From: Chloroflexota bacterium
GTDB lineage: Bacteria > Chloroflexota > UBA11872 > VXOZ01
DNA: 64,000 nt
Direction of reading: 5' to 3'
Assembly (NCBI GenBank): GCA_963663275.1
Contig: OY760183.1
Span: forward strand, 2,912,001-2,976,000
In this document: piece after piece, positions 9,444-19,323 of the stretch
Position numbering within the stretch: the stretch's first letter is position 1
How the letters are laid out: the number at the start of each line of letters is the position of its first letter
Notes under the pieces: model-generated
What the model saw: the letters and a program-made list of their open reading frames with translations, nothing else
The model's database searches: none
Told to the model about the DNA's origin: nothing
Position numbers and translations under genes: made by a program

Positions 9444-9494
9444 CAAGAGAAAGACCCCGGCGCTAGCGGCGGCAAGCCCCACCCTGCAACCCGC

Positions 9495-11339
9495 TCACTC
9501 CTGGTCGGCGAACTGCATGGTGTAGAGTTGAAAGTACGCGCCTCGCTGTCGCAGCAGTTCCGCGTGCGTGCCGTGTTCCGCGATTCTGCCCTTATCCATC
9601 ACGATCACTTGGCTCGCGTTTTGAATCGTCGAGAGCCGGTGGGCAATCACGAAACTCGTGCGACCCTCCATGAGCACCTTCAGCGCCTCTTGAATCTGCT
9701 GCTCCGTTTCCGTGTCCACGCTCGACGTCGCCTCGTCCAGCACCAGAATGCGCGGATCGGCAATGAGCGCCCGCGCGAACGAGAGCAATTGGCGCTGGCC
9801 GATGGAGAGTTGCGTGCCGCGCTCGCCCACCAGCGTCTCGTAGCGAAACGGCTGCGCTTCGATGAAGTCATGGAGGCGCACGGCCTTGGCCGCCGCGACG
9901 ATTTCCTCATCCATGGCGTCCAGCCTGCCGTAGCGGATGTTCTCGTTGACCGTGCCGGAGAACAGGAACGGTTCCTGCAGCACCAGTCCCACCTGGGCGC
10001 GCAGGCTCTCCAGCGTGACGCCGCCAATGTCGTGGCCGTCGATCGTCACCCTGCCCGATTGAATGTCGTAGAAGCGGCAGAGCACGTTGATGATCGAGGT
10101 CTTGCCCGCGCCGGTGTGGCCCACGATTGCCACAAGCTCACCCGGTTTCGCGTCCAGCGAGATGCCGTGCAACACCGGCGTATCGGCGTGGTAGCCAAAG
10201 ACCACGTCCTCGAACGCCACGCGCCCCCGCGCCGGCGGCAGCGGCTGGGCATTGGGCTTTTCCAGGATGTCCGGGGGCGTATCCAGCAGGGCAAAGACGC
10301 GCTCGCTGGCCGCCATCGCCGATTGCATCTGGTTGAAGCGGGTCGAGATGCTCTGCAGCGGCTGGAAGAAGCGCTGCACGTACACCAGGAACGCCACCAG
10401 CACGCCGAGTTCAACCGTCTCCTGCACGTAGGCCACGCCGCCGACCCAGACGATGATGACGACGGCCACGGCATTGATGATGCTGACGGTAGGCGAAAAG
10501 GCCGCCGTAATGCCGTTGGCCTTGAGCGTCGTCTCCACGTAGCGGTCGCTGAGGCCCTTGAACCGGCGCAGGTTCTCCGCCTGGCGCGCGTAGGCCTGGG
10601 TGACCCGCACGCCCAGGATGCTCTCCGCGAAGTAGCCGTTCATCACGCTCCGATCCTCGCGGGCCACACGCCACGCGCCGCGCGCCCGCCCTTTGAACGC
10701 AAAGGCCACGCCGATCAACGCGGGGAAGACGATGAACGTGAGCAGCGCCAGTTGCCAATGCATGTAGAGCATGACGAAGAGAATGCCGACGATTACGAAC
10801 AGGTCGCTGGCCGTGCTCACGATGCCGTTGGTGATGAGACTGTTGATGTCCCGCACGTCGCTGGTCACCCGCGTGATGACGCTGCCGGCGCGGTTGCGGT
10901 CGTAGTAGCCCAGCGAGAGGCGCTGCAAGTGCTGGAAGAGGCTCTGGCGCAGGGAGAAAAGCAACTGCTGGCCGAGCCAGCTTATGAGCCACTGCCGCGC
11001 TCCCATTGCGCCAAACAAGACGATACCGGCCAAGAGGTAGAGGACGACGAGAATGTCCAGCGCGCGCAGGTCGCCGGTAGCAAGCGGGCCGTCGATGGCC
11101 AACTTGAGCAGGTACGGCCTGAGAACGCTCGCCGCGGTGTTGAGCAGCGTAACGAGGATTGCGCCGCCGATTTGCAGCCGGTATCCGCTGGTGTAGCCGA
11201 GCAAACGCGCGAGGATCCTGAAGTCGAACTCACGTGAGGCTTGCTCGTCTTTGTCGTCCCCCGCTGGCGCGGCAGGCGGGGCCGCGGCGTCGCGCGCGGC
11301 GGCCGCGGAGGGGGATTCTTGGCGCTCCCGCTCAGCCAT
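9495..11339 (-). CDS. ABC exporter, fused TMD+NBD (heterodimer subunit)
   Basis: GHTGAGKT, LSIGQRQ, LVLDEATS and IAHRLST; start overlaps the upstream gene. Confidence 0.93.
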   Translation of the reverse strand: MAERERQESPSAAAARDAAAPPAAPAGDDKDEQASREFDFRILARLLGYTSGYRLQIGGAILVTLLNTAASVLRPYLLKLAIDGPLATGDLRALDILVVLYLLAGIVLFGAMGARQWLISWLGQQLLFSLRQSLFQHLQRLSLGYYDRNRAGSVITRVTSDVRDINSLITNGIVSTASDLFVIVGILFVMLYMHWQLALLTFIVFPALIGVAFAFKGRARGAWRVAREDRSVMNGYFAESILGVRVTQAYARQAENLRRFKGLSDRYVETTLKANGITAAFSPTVSIINAVAVVIIVWVGGVAYVQETVELGVLVAFLVYVQRFFQPLQSISTRFNQMQSAMAASERVFALLDTPPDILEKPNAQPLPPARGRVAFEDVVFGYHADTPVLHGISLDAKPGELVAIVGHTGAGKTSIINVLCRFYDIQSGRVTIDGHDIGGVTLESLRAQVGLVLQEPFLFSGTVNENIRYGRLDAMDEEIVAAAKAVRLHDFIEAQPFRYETLVGERGTQLSIGQRQLLSFARALIADPRILVLDEATSSVDTETEQQIQEALKVLMEGRTSFVIAHRLSTIQNASQVIVMDKGRIAEHGTHAELLRQRGAYFQLYTMQFADQE

Positions 11340-13122
11340 AGGCGCCTCCGCCGTCGTTCGCGTTCGCCCCGGCCGCCCGGCCCAGCGCCGCCATGCGCTC
11401 CTGGTCCTTGAGTTGGATGTCGTAGACCCGGGCGTAGAAGCCTTCGCGTTCCACCAGTTCCTCGTGCGTGCCCCGGTCAACGATGCGGCCGTCCTCCATC
11501 ACGAGGATCAGGTCCGCGTCCTTGATGGTCGAGATGCGCTGCGCCACCACCAGGGTCGTAGAATCGCGCGCATAGTCCTTGAGTCCCTGGTAGATGCGGT
11601 ACTCCGTCTCCGTATCCACGCTGGCGGTAGCGTCGTCAAGCATCAGGATTGGGCGGCGCAGCAGGAGCGTGCGCGCCAGCGCCGTGCGCTGCCGTTGCCC
11701 GCCGGAGAGGCCGGCGCCGCGTTCGCCGATGCGGTGTTGGTAGCCCTCCGGGAACTCCATGATGAAGTCGTGGGCTTGCGCCGCCCGCGCCGCGGCCATG
11801 ATCTCCTCCATCGTGGCGTCGGGCCGGCCGTAGGCGATGTTGTTCGCCATGGTGTCGGCAAAGAGCAGCGGCTCTTGCAGCGCAATCCCGATTTGCGCGC
11901 GCAGCGATTCCAACGTAACGTCGCGCACGTCGTGGCCGTCTATTCTCACCGCTCCCGATTCCACGTCGTAGAAACGTCCAATCAGGTAGAGCAGCGTACT
12001 CTTGCCGCTGCCGGTGGGGCCTACGACGGCGGTCACCGTGCCCGGCGCGGCCTCCAGGCTGACGTCGCGCAGCACGACCTGGCCGCGCTCGTACGCGAAC
12101 GTGACGTCCTGCAGGGCGACGCGGCTTGCCGGCGGCGGCAGTTCGTGAGCGCCTGTCAGATTGCGCACCGGCGAGCGTGTATCGAGCACGCCGAACAGCC
12201 GCTCGCCGCTGGTGATGCTGGTGGCGATGCTATCCATGATGCCGGGCAGTTGCTGGGTGGGGCCGACCAGCATCTGATAGTACGTGACGAACGCGACCAA
12301 CGTGCCAATCGTCAGGTCGCCGCCGATGACCAGCCGCCCGCCCAGCCAGAGCACGATGACCACGCCGGAGACCGCCACCATGTTCATGACGGGGCCGAAC
12401 GTGGCGTTGAGATTGACCGCGCGCATCATGAGGCGCACGAGTTCGCGGCCCTCCCGCTCGAACTTCCCCTTTTCGTGCGACTCGCGCACGAACGCCTTGA
12501 CCACCCGCGCGCCGTTGATGGCCTCTTCCAGCGCGATCACCACCCGTTCGCGCTGCTGCCTCACCCAGCCGTAGGCCGGCCGCACGCGCTTGTGGTAGAG
12601 CCACGCGATCACGCCCAGGATGGGAAACAGCGGCAACGACCACAAGGCGAGTTCGCCGCTGAGCCAGAACATGATTGTCAGCACGATGAGATAGCGCAGA
12701 AAGGTATCGAGGATGTTGATGACGGACTGCGTGCCAAAGCCCTGCGCCAGTTCGATGTCGCTCAAGGCGACGGAAATCATCTCTCCCGCCTGGATGCGGT
12801 CGTGGAAGCCGAACGAGAGGTGTTGCAGGTGGTCGTAGAGTTGGGCGCGCAGGTCGTAGCCGGTCTTCTGCGAGGTGACGGCGATGAAGAACGCCTTGCC
12901 AAAGAGGAAGAGCGCCGCCAGCACGGCAACGGCGATGATCGCGCCGCTCATGAGCGCGATGTAGCGGAGGTCGCCCGGCATCAAGCCGTTGTCGATGACT
13001 TCTCGGAAGAGCGACGGCGCGACCAGGCTGAGGGCCGTGCTGATGAGCCACGACCCATACGCGAGCACGGCAAAGCCCCGGTGCTTGAACGACGCGGCCA
13101 GGAGGAGGCGAAGAATGTTCAT
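11332..13122 (-). CDS. ABC exporter, fused TMD+NBD (degenerate-site subunit)
   Basis: GPTGSGKS and LSGGQRQ, with degenerate LMLDDAT and VAQRIST, typical of TM287/288-like heterodimers. Confidence 0.93.
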   Translation of the reverse strand: MNILRLLLAASFKHRGFAVLAYGSWLISTALSLVAPSLFREVIDNGLMPGDLRYIALMSGAIIAVAVLAALFLFGKAFFIAVTSQKTGYDLRAQLYDHLQHLSFGFHDRIQAGEMISVALSDIELAQGFGTQSVINILDTFLRYLIVLTIMFWLSGELALWSLPLFPILGVIAWLYHKRVRPAYGWVRQQRERVVIALEEAINGARVVKAFVRESHEKGKFEREGRELVRLMMRAVNLNATFGPVMNMVAVSGVVIVLWLGGRLVIGGDLTIGTLVAFVTYYQMLVGPTQQLPGIMDSIATSITSGERLFGVLDTRSPVRNLTGAHELPPPASRVALQDVTFAYERGQVVLRDVSLEAAPGTVTAVVGPTGSGKSTLLYLIGRFYDVESGAVRIDGHDVRDVTLESLRAQIGIALQEPLLFADTMANNIAYGRPDATMEEIMAAARAAQAHDFIMEFPEGYQHRIGERGAGLSGGQRQRTALARTLLLRRPILMLDDATASVDTETEYRIYQGLKDYARDSTTLVVAQRISTIKDADLILVMEDGRIVDRGTHEELVEREGFYARVYDIQLKDQERMAALGRAAGANANDGGGAYG

Positions 13123-13199
13123 CGCAAGGCTATGCTCAGCTTTCGCCTAATATCGTGGTGTCGGAAGGCGCCTGTATGGCAGTGTGCGCCCGCTCCTCT

Positions 13200-13470
13200 T
13201 TTCCTTCCGCATCCGCCCCGTAGCGCGGGGGCTTGTCCCCACGCTCCCCTTTCCCTTCCGCATCCACCCCGTAGCGCGGGGGCTTGTCCCCAATGTTGTC
13301 GCATTAAACGCAATGAGAATGAAAACTACGCTCGTTTCTCCGGTAGCGCAGGTTTGTAACCTGCGTCCTCCGTAGGGTCAATCGATTCCGTTCTCATTTT
13401 TCTTGTTCCGGCGGGGGACAAGCCCCCGCGCTACGTTATTGCGACAGCGTTGGGGCTTGTCCCCCGCCTC
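13200..13470. repeat. REP cluster (cgtagcgcgggggcttgtcccc) hosting a 162-bp MITE
   Basis: Two tandem REP-containing units; the second REP is split by the MITE. Confidence 0.85.
13291..13452 (+). mobile_element. 162-bp MITE, copy A (TIR caatgttgtcgcattaa)
   Basis: Flanked by duplicated gggcttgtccc; same length as the copies at 19080 and 45376. Confidence 0.85.
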
Positions 13471-13508
13471 TTCTTCCTTCGAAACATCCACGACCCTGGC
13501 CTGGACGC

Positions 13509-13937
13509 TCAGAGAGGCTGTCTCCCCGCGAAACCCGTGTCCAAATCATGCCAGAACCGAATCTCATCTTCGCCCTGCTTCCAACACAGGTAGACCACGC
13601 GGCCGTCGTGCACGGCGGGAAAGTCCACCAGCCCCTGGTCCACGTCCTTCAGCGCCACGCCCATGCCGATGATTTCCTCCACCAATGCTTCGGCCTCGCT
13701 GCGCAGGGCCTGGACCTCATTCGCCGAGGCTACGACCGCGGGCGACTCCGGCAGGGGATGGCCGTTGCTGCGCTCCAGCGCGGCGGGATACGGCTGTTCT
13801 TTGGCAAACTGCCTGAATTGCTCGAAGATCTCTTGCAGCCGGGCGACAATAGCGCCGACGCGCGGCAAGAGCGCATTGGCTTCCTGCAACGAGAAAAGCC
13901 TGATCGGAGGATCCGAAGACGTATCTTGAGACGACAT
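13509..13937 (-). CDS. DUF2203-family protein
   Basis: FSLQEANALLP and KDVDQGLVDFP...VYLCWKQGEDEIRFWH...GFAGRQPL. Confidence 0.85.
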   Translation of the reverse strand: MSSQDTSSDPPIRLFSLQEANALLPRVGAIVARLQEIFEQFRQFAKEQPYPAALERSNGHPLPESPAVVASANEVQALRSEAEALVEEIIGMGVALKDVDQGLVDFPAVHDGRVVYLCWKQGEDEIRFWHDLDTGFAGRQPL

Positions 13938-14050
13938 AGCGGCGGGATTCTTTGGAATAGCTACCGGGACGCGTACTATCGTTGCACAGCGACCCGTGAA
14001 CGTCAAGGCCAATACCCGTCCGCGCACGCCTTGTAAGCCCCACTGGCGAT

Positions 14051-14059
14051 TGCTAGAAT
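14051..14059 (+). promoter_or_regulatory. Extended -10 element (TGcTAGAAT), probably a leaderless transcript
   Basis: Ends 6 nt upstream of ATG 14066; no RBS. Confidence 0.55.
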
Positions 14060-14065
14060 CCAGTC

Positions 14066-15391
14066 ATGGACAGCATCACCCTCGAAAACTTCCGCTGCTT
14101 CCGCGAGAAGCAGACCGCCCGCCTCGCGCCCCTGACGCTGCTTGTGGGTGAGAATAGCACCGGCAAGACATCGTTCTTGGCGCTTATTCGCGCGCTTTGG
14201 GACGCCGTATCCCTGCCTGGGGCGCCAGACTTTCAAAGAGTTCCGTTCAACCTCGGAGTCTTTCGGGACATCGCGCACAGTCGTGGCAGGCATGGTGAAC
14301 ATGCAGATTCTTTTGTAGCTGGATTCGATGACACTGAAGGCAACTCTCTCCAGATTACGTTCGCCGAACGCGATGCTATCCCAGTCCCAGCAGCAATAGT
14401 CCTTGCGCGAGAGGACGTACGACTTGAGGCTCATCGACAAGAAGATGAACAGTGGTGGATCCGCTTTGATTCTCCACAAACCAAATTAGAGAAAGTCGTC
14501 AACGACAAGCCGTTTCCGTGGGAAGACAGTGATCAATTGCCTCTTTCGGTCTTGGTCAGTTCCTGGATTTACGAGCTTACACCACTCGAGACGCTATTAG
14601 ACGTGAGAGTCAGGGAAAGTCGCACTCCACGCGAAGAAGACATCTTCAAAGGACTAATCAAGGCGGAGAAGGACATCTTCGCGCTTGATGGACAAGCACC
14701 GGGACCGCCATTTGCAAGCGCTCCCATTCGCTCGCAGCCGCGCCGCACCTACGATCCCACACGCCCCGCGCGTGACCCAGAAGGCGAAAACGTGCCTACC
14801 TACCTTGCGAATCTCTCTTATCGTGACAAGGAGGAGTGGGCGCGGCTCAAGCAAGATCTCGAGGAATTTGGCCGCGATTCAGGCTTGTTTGACGAGATCC
14901 ACATCAAGTTGCTCGGCGACACCGGGGGATCGCCTTTTCAGGTGCAGATTCGAAAGTTTGGCCGACGGTTGAAAGGACCTAAGCGAAACTTCATAGACGT
15001 TGGCTACGGTGTCAGTCAGGCGCTGCCGCTCTTGACAGAACTCCTGCGCAAGGATGCGCCGCAGATGTTCCTGCTCCAGCAGCCGGAGGTGCACCTGCAT
15101 CCCAGCGCCCAGGCCGCGCTTGGCAGTCTCTTCTGCAACATCGCCGGGCCGGAGCGCCAACTCATCGTCGAGACTCACAGCGACTACATTCTCGACCGCG
15201 TGCGCATGGACGTTCGCGACAAGAGATCCTATCTCAAGCCGGAAGACGTATCCATCCTCTTCTTCGAGCCCGGCGAGCTTGACGTTACCATTCACTCACT
15301 GCGTCTCGATCAAGAAGGCAACATCCTGGACGCGCCGCCGGGGTACGGGCAGTTCTTCATGGACGAGACACGACGCTCAATTGGACTCTAA
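14066..15391 (+). CDS. ABC-type/AAA_21 ATPase with a DUF3696-like C-terminus
   Basis: Walker A GENSTGKT, signature DVGYGVSQALP, Walker B region MFLLQQPEVHLHP and H-loop IVETHS. Confidence 0.85.
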   Translation: MDSITLENFRCFREKQTARLAPLTLLVGENSTGKTSFLALIRALWDAVSLPGAPDFQRVPFNLGVFRDIAHSRGRHGEHADSFVAGFDDTEGNSLQITFAERDAIPVPAAIVLAREDVRLEAHRQEDEQWWIRFDSPQTKLEKVVNDKPFPWEDSDQLPLSVLVSSWIYELTPLETLLDVRVRESRTPREEDIFKGLIKAEKDIFALDGQAPGPPFASAPIRSQPRRTYDPTRPARDPEGENVPTYLANLSYRDKEEWARLKQDLEEFGRDSGLFDEIHIKLLGDTGGSPFQVQIRKFGRRLKGPKRNFIDVGYGVSQALPLLTELLRKDAPQMFLLQQPEVHLHPSAQAALGSLFCNIAGPERQLIVETHSDYILDRVRMDVRDKRSYLKPEDVSILFFEPGELDVTIHSLRLDQEGNILDAPPGYGQFFMDETRRSIGL

Positions 15392-15862
15392 ATGTGTGCA
15401 ATCATCGACGCCAACGTGAGAGACCAGGTCTTTGGTGAAAGCCGGCCGGAAGCGGGACAGTATCTATTCGACTGGCTGAACATCGACAGCGACGGGGTCA
15501 AACTCGTCGTGGGAGGCAAGCTTCTGCAGGAACTCAGTGAGTCTAGAGAGTTCAATAGGTGGCTTCGCGCCGCATTGCGCTTTGGCAGGGCGAGAAGAAT
15601 CCCGGACAATGAGGTGAATGCCGCAACCAAAGAGTTGCAAGAGCAGTCTTCTTGCGCGTCCGACGACGAGCACGTGCTCGCGCTAGCAAGAGTGAGCGGT
15701 GCGCGCCTGCTCTACACCAACGACCGGGACCTTCAGAGAGACTTCAAGAATAGACAGATACTTAGCGGTGTCCAGGGGAGGGTCTATACGACGCTGCGCA
15801 CTACGAACGTTACCCGTACGCACAAGAACCTGCTTAGACGCACCAACCTCTGCGGCGCATAG
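15392..15862 (+). CDS. PIN-fold putative ribonuclease
   Basis: IIDANV, LLQEL and DDEHVLALA...LLYTNDRDL acidic pattern; ATG directly follows the ATPase TAA. Confidence 0.7.
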   Translation: MCAIIDANVRDQVFGESRPEAGQYLFDWLNIDSDGVKLVVGGKLLQELSESREFNRWLRAALRFGRARRIPDNEVNAATKELQEQSSCASDDEHVLALARVSGARLLYTNDRDLQRDFKNRQILSGVQGRVYTTLRTTNVTRTHKNLLRRTNLCGA

Positions 15863-15935
15863 GACACATTGAGGCAACGGACGGCAGGTAGTTGTCAAGA
15901 CGTACCACCATAGCCCCTGAAGAAACCGATACCAC

Positions 15936-16748
15936 ATGAAACGCATCCAACGCAGAATCTACGAACTCCTCGAAGTCGCCCACCCGGACGACACCGCCAG
16001 CCGGGTCACCGACCTCTTCCTCTTCATCCTGATCGCCCTGAACGTCGCCGCCGTAATCGTGGAGACCGTGGAAGAAATCGCCACGCAGTTTGAGACCGCC
16101 TTCTACTACTTCGAGGTCTTTTCGGTCGCGGTGTTCACGGTGGAGTACGTCTTGCGCCTCTGGACGTGCGTCGCCGACCGCCGCTATGCCCGTCCTATCG
16201 CCGGCCGCATCCGCTTCGCCGGCTCCTGGCACGCCATCGTTGACGTGCTGGCCATCCTGCCGTTCTACCTGCCCATGTTCCTGCCCATAGACCTGCGTAT
16301 CGTCCGCGCCCTGCGTTTCTTCCGCCTCCTGCGTTTCCTCAAGCTGAGCCGCTACTCCGAATCCATGCGCATATTCGGCAAAGTGTTGCGCAGCGAGCGC
16401 GCCGAACTGATGGTGGCGCTCTTCGTAGCCGGCGTGCTGCTGGTGCTCGGCTCCAGTTTCCTCTATCTGGTTGAGCATCAGGCCCAGCCCGACAAATTCT
16501 CCAGCATCCCGGCCGCCATGTGGTGGGGCGTAGCCACGCTCACAACGGTGGGCTACGGCGACGTTGCGCCCATAACGCCGCTCGGCCGCTTTCTGGGCGC
16601 GATCGTGGCCGTGATGGGTATCGGCATGTTCGCGTTGCCGGCCGGCATCCTGGCGTCCGGCTTTGCCCGGGAAATGGGAAAGCGCCGGGACGAACCGGCA
16701 GTCTGCCCCCACTGCGGCGAGCCTATCGAAGAACACGAGACGGACTAG
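15936..16748 (+). CDS. Voltage-gated potassium channel (6TM)
   Basis: S4 helix LRIVRALRFFRLLRFLKLSR and selectivity filter TTVGYGD. Confidence 0.93.
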   Translation: MKRIQRRIYELLEVAHPDDTASRVTDLFLFILIALNVAAVIVETVEEIATQFETAFYYFEVFSVAVFTVEYVLRLWTCVADRRYARPIAGRIRFAGSWHAIVDVLAILPFYLPMFLPIDLRIVRALRFFRLLRFLKLSRYSESMRIFGKVLRSERAELMVALFVAGVLLVLGSSFLYLVEHQAQPDKFSSIPAAMWWGVATLTTVGYGDVAPITPLGRFLGAIVAVMGIGMFALPAGILASGFAREMGKRRDEPAVCPHCGEPIEEHETD

Positions 16749-16826
16749 GCCGGGCGCGCGCCGCGCAGTTCACAGTCCCTGAAGAACGGCGCGACCGTGC
16801 CGCCGCGAACCACGAGTGCCTACCCG

Positions 16827-17369
16827 CTAACCCTCTTCCTCGTATTCGTCGCGCGCAATCAAGTATTCCCGCGCGTAGCCCAGATACGTCTCGGCGTTGC
16901 TGTAGATGCGCTCGATCTCCTGCGCGGTGACCTCCCGCAGCGCCTTGCCCGGCACGCCCAGAATCAAGGAGCGCGGCCCGAACTCCTTGCCTTCAGCCAG
17001 CACCGCGCCCGCGCCCACGATGCTCTCCGGCCCCACCGTCGCGCCGTTCAGCAGCAGAGCGCCCATGCCCACAATGCAGTGGTCGCCCACGCTCGCGCCG
17101 TGAATGACGGCCGTGTGCCCGGTCGTCACGTGCGCGCCGACCACAGACGGAAAGCCGTGGTCCGTGTGCACCACGCAATTCTCCTGGATGCTGGTATGGG
17201 AGCCAATCACAATCGGCGCAAAGTCCCCGCGCAGCACCGCCCCGTACCACACGCTGGCGTAATCGCCAAGCTCCACGTCGCCGATCACGTAGGCGTTCTC
17301 CGCGATGAAGACGTTCTTGCCCACCCGCGGCAAAACGCCTTTGTACGGTAATAGCGGCACGAGATTCAT
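16827..17369 (-). CDS. Gamma carbonic anhydrase family protein (YrdA/PaaY-like)
   Basis: Hexapeptide repeats, VLRGD, and three His ligands (VVHT, GHTAVIHG). Confidence 0.9.
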   Translation of the reverse strand: MNLVPLLPYKGVLPRVGKNVFIAENAYVIGDVELGDYASVWYGAVLRGDFAPIVIGSHTSIQENCVVHTDHGFPSVVGAHVTTGHTAVIHGASVGDHCIVGMGALLLNGATVGPESIVGAGAVLAEGKEFGPRSLILGVPGKALREVTAQEIERIYSNAETYLGYAREYLIARDEYEEEG

Positions 17370-17600
17370 CTCCTCTCCGGACAAGATTTCAAAGTAAAGA
17401 TTAGTGGACGTCCGGCGCCACTGGGCGCCGGTCCGCGGCGAAATCCGGCAGTTCACCGCCATCATAGCACTGATAGAGCCGGTGAGCCTGGCCCCTTTCC
17501 AAGGCCGCGTGTACGTTTGCCAATGCCTATGCTATGGTGATATGGAACGTGCATACGTCAGGCAAGGCTACGCGAGAAAAACGCAAGGAGAGCGAGAACG

Positions 17601-19049
17601 ATGGCGGTTATCACCGAACCGAAGCATTTTGGACTGCTGATCGACGGCGAATGGCTGGAACGGCGCGACGGCAAGCTGCTGGAAGTGCGCAGCCCCAACG
17701 ACGGCAACGTGTTCGCTACGCTGCCGGAAGCAACTCCGGCCGACCTGGACGCCGCTATCGAGGCCGCCCAGCGCGCCTATGATCGGCAGGAGCTTTCGGC
17801 CTACCAACGCTACGAAATCCTCTACAAGGCGTCCCAGCTTCTCACCGAGCGGGTCGAGGACATCGCCTTTCACATGAGCATGGAGGGCGGCAAGCCGATC
17901 AAGGAGGCGCGCATCGAGGTGGCCCGCGCCGCCAGCACGATTCTGGTGGCGGCGGAAGAGGCCAAGCGCATCCACGGCGAGCAGATTCCGGTGGAGGCCG
18001 CGGTGGCTTCCGAGAACCGTCTGGCGTTCACTATGCGCCAGCCGATCGGCGTGATTTGCTGCATCTCGCCGTTCAACTTTCCCGCCATTCTCGTGGCGCA
18101 CAAGATCGCGCCGGCCATTGCGGCCGGCAATACGGTGGTGCTCAAGCCCGCCAGCGCCACGCCGGTCACGGCGGCGAAGATCTGCCAGGCGTTCCTGGAC
18201 GCCGGGCTGCCGCCGGGCCACCTGAACCTGCTGGTCGGCGGCGGCGCGACCCTGGGCGAGTGGCTCATCCAGGACGAGCGTTTTGCCATGTATTCCTTCA
18301 CCGGCTCGCCGGAAGTCGGCAAGCACCTGCGCAACAGCATCGGTCTGCGCCGCGCCACCCTGGAACTGGGCGCGAACTCGCCCGTCATCGTCGACAAGAC
18401 CGCCGACGTGCCGGCCGCCGCGGAAGCGGTGGCCCAGGGCGGCTACATGAACGCCGGCCAGGTCTGCACCTCCGCCCAGCGCATTCTGGTGCACCGCGAC
18501 GTGGAGGCCGATTTCCTGGCGGCCCTGGTGCCCCACGTGGAGCGGATGCAGGTCGGGCCTTCTTACGAAGACACCACCGACGTGGGCCCCATGGTCACCC
18601 TGAGCGCCGCCGAGCGTGTGGAGGCGTGGTTCAAGGAAGCGGCCGGCGACGGCGCGAACCTGCTCTGCGGCGGCGCGCGCGCGGGCCAATTCGTCACGCC
18701 CGCCGTGCTGAGCAACGTGCGCGCCGACATGCGCATCTTCCAGGATGAACTCTTCGGCCCGGCGGTCACCGTCACCGTCTTCGACGACATCGACGAGGCA
18801 ATCGCCCTGGCCAACGACTCCCGCTACGGCCTGCAAGGCGGCATCTTCACCAACGACCTGGAAACCGCCTGGAAAGCCGCCAAGCAGGTGCGCATCGGCG
18901 CGCTGATGATCAACGACACCTCCCGCTACCGCGCCGACCAGATGCCCTTCGGCGGCGTGAAAGAGAGCGGCATGGGACGCGAAGGCCCGAAATTCGTCAT
19001 CGAGGAGATGACCGACCTGAAACTGGTGGTCTTCAACCTGCAACCGTAA
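17601..19049 (+). CDS. NAD(P)-dependent aldehyde dehydrogenase
   Basis: PFNFP, LKPAS, FTGS, LELGAN, AGQVCTS, ELFGP and PFGGVKESG. Confidence 0.95.
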   Translation: MAVITEPKHFGLLIDGEWLERRDGKLLEVRSPNDGNVFATLPEATPADLDAAIEAAQRAYDRQELSAYQRYEILYKASQLLTERVEDIAFHMSMEGGKPIKEARIEVARAASTILVAAEEAKRIHGEQIPVEAAVASENRLAFTMRQPIGVICCISPFNFPAILVAHKIAPAIAAGNTVVLKPASATPVTAAKICQAFLDAGLPPGHLNLLVGGGATLGEWLIQDERFAMYSFTGSPEVGKHLRNSIGLRRATLELGANSPVIVDKTADVPAAAEAVAQGGYMNAGQVCTSAQRILVHRDVEADFLAALVPHVERMQVGPSYEDTTDVGPMVTLSAAERVEAWFKEAAGDGANLLCGGARAGQFVTPAVLSNVRADMRIFQDELFGPAVTVTVFDDIDEAIALANDSRYGLQGGIFTNDLETAWKAAKQVRIGALMINDTSRYRADQMPFGGVKESGMGREGPKFVIEEMTDLKLVVFNLQP

Positions 19050-19079
19050 GCAAACCACCGTAGCGCGGGGGATCGTCCC

Positions 19080-19241
19080 TAGTGCTGTCGCATTAAACGC
19101 GTTGAGAGTGAAAACTTCGTTCTTATCTCCGGTAGCGCAGGTTTGTAACCTGCGGCTTCCGTAGGGTCAATTTATTCCGTGAGCATTGTTCTTGTTCCGG
19201 CGGGGGACAAGCCCCCGCGCTACGTTAACGCGACAGCATTG
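19080..19241 (+). mobile_element. 162-bp MITE, copy B
   Basis: tagtgctgtcgcattaa...ttaacgcgacagcattg inside the REP at 19059-19257. Confidence 0.85.
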
Positions 19242-19323
19242 GGGCTTGTCCCCCGCCTCCGCATCGGCGCGACATACCATCGGGATCACACGCCCGACTG
19301 ATTTGAGAAGGGAGAATCTCCCT

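Noticed and set aside
9387-13359. Long plus-strand ORFs of 616 and 702 aa, and similar antisense ORFs across the window
   Set aside because: They are shadow frames of real genes on the opposite strand in high-GC DNA and show no recognisable motifs.
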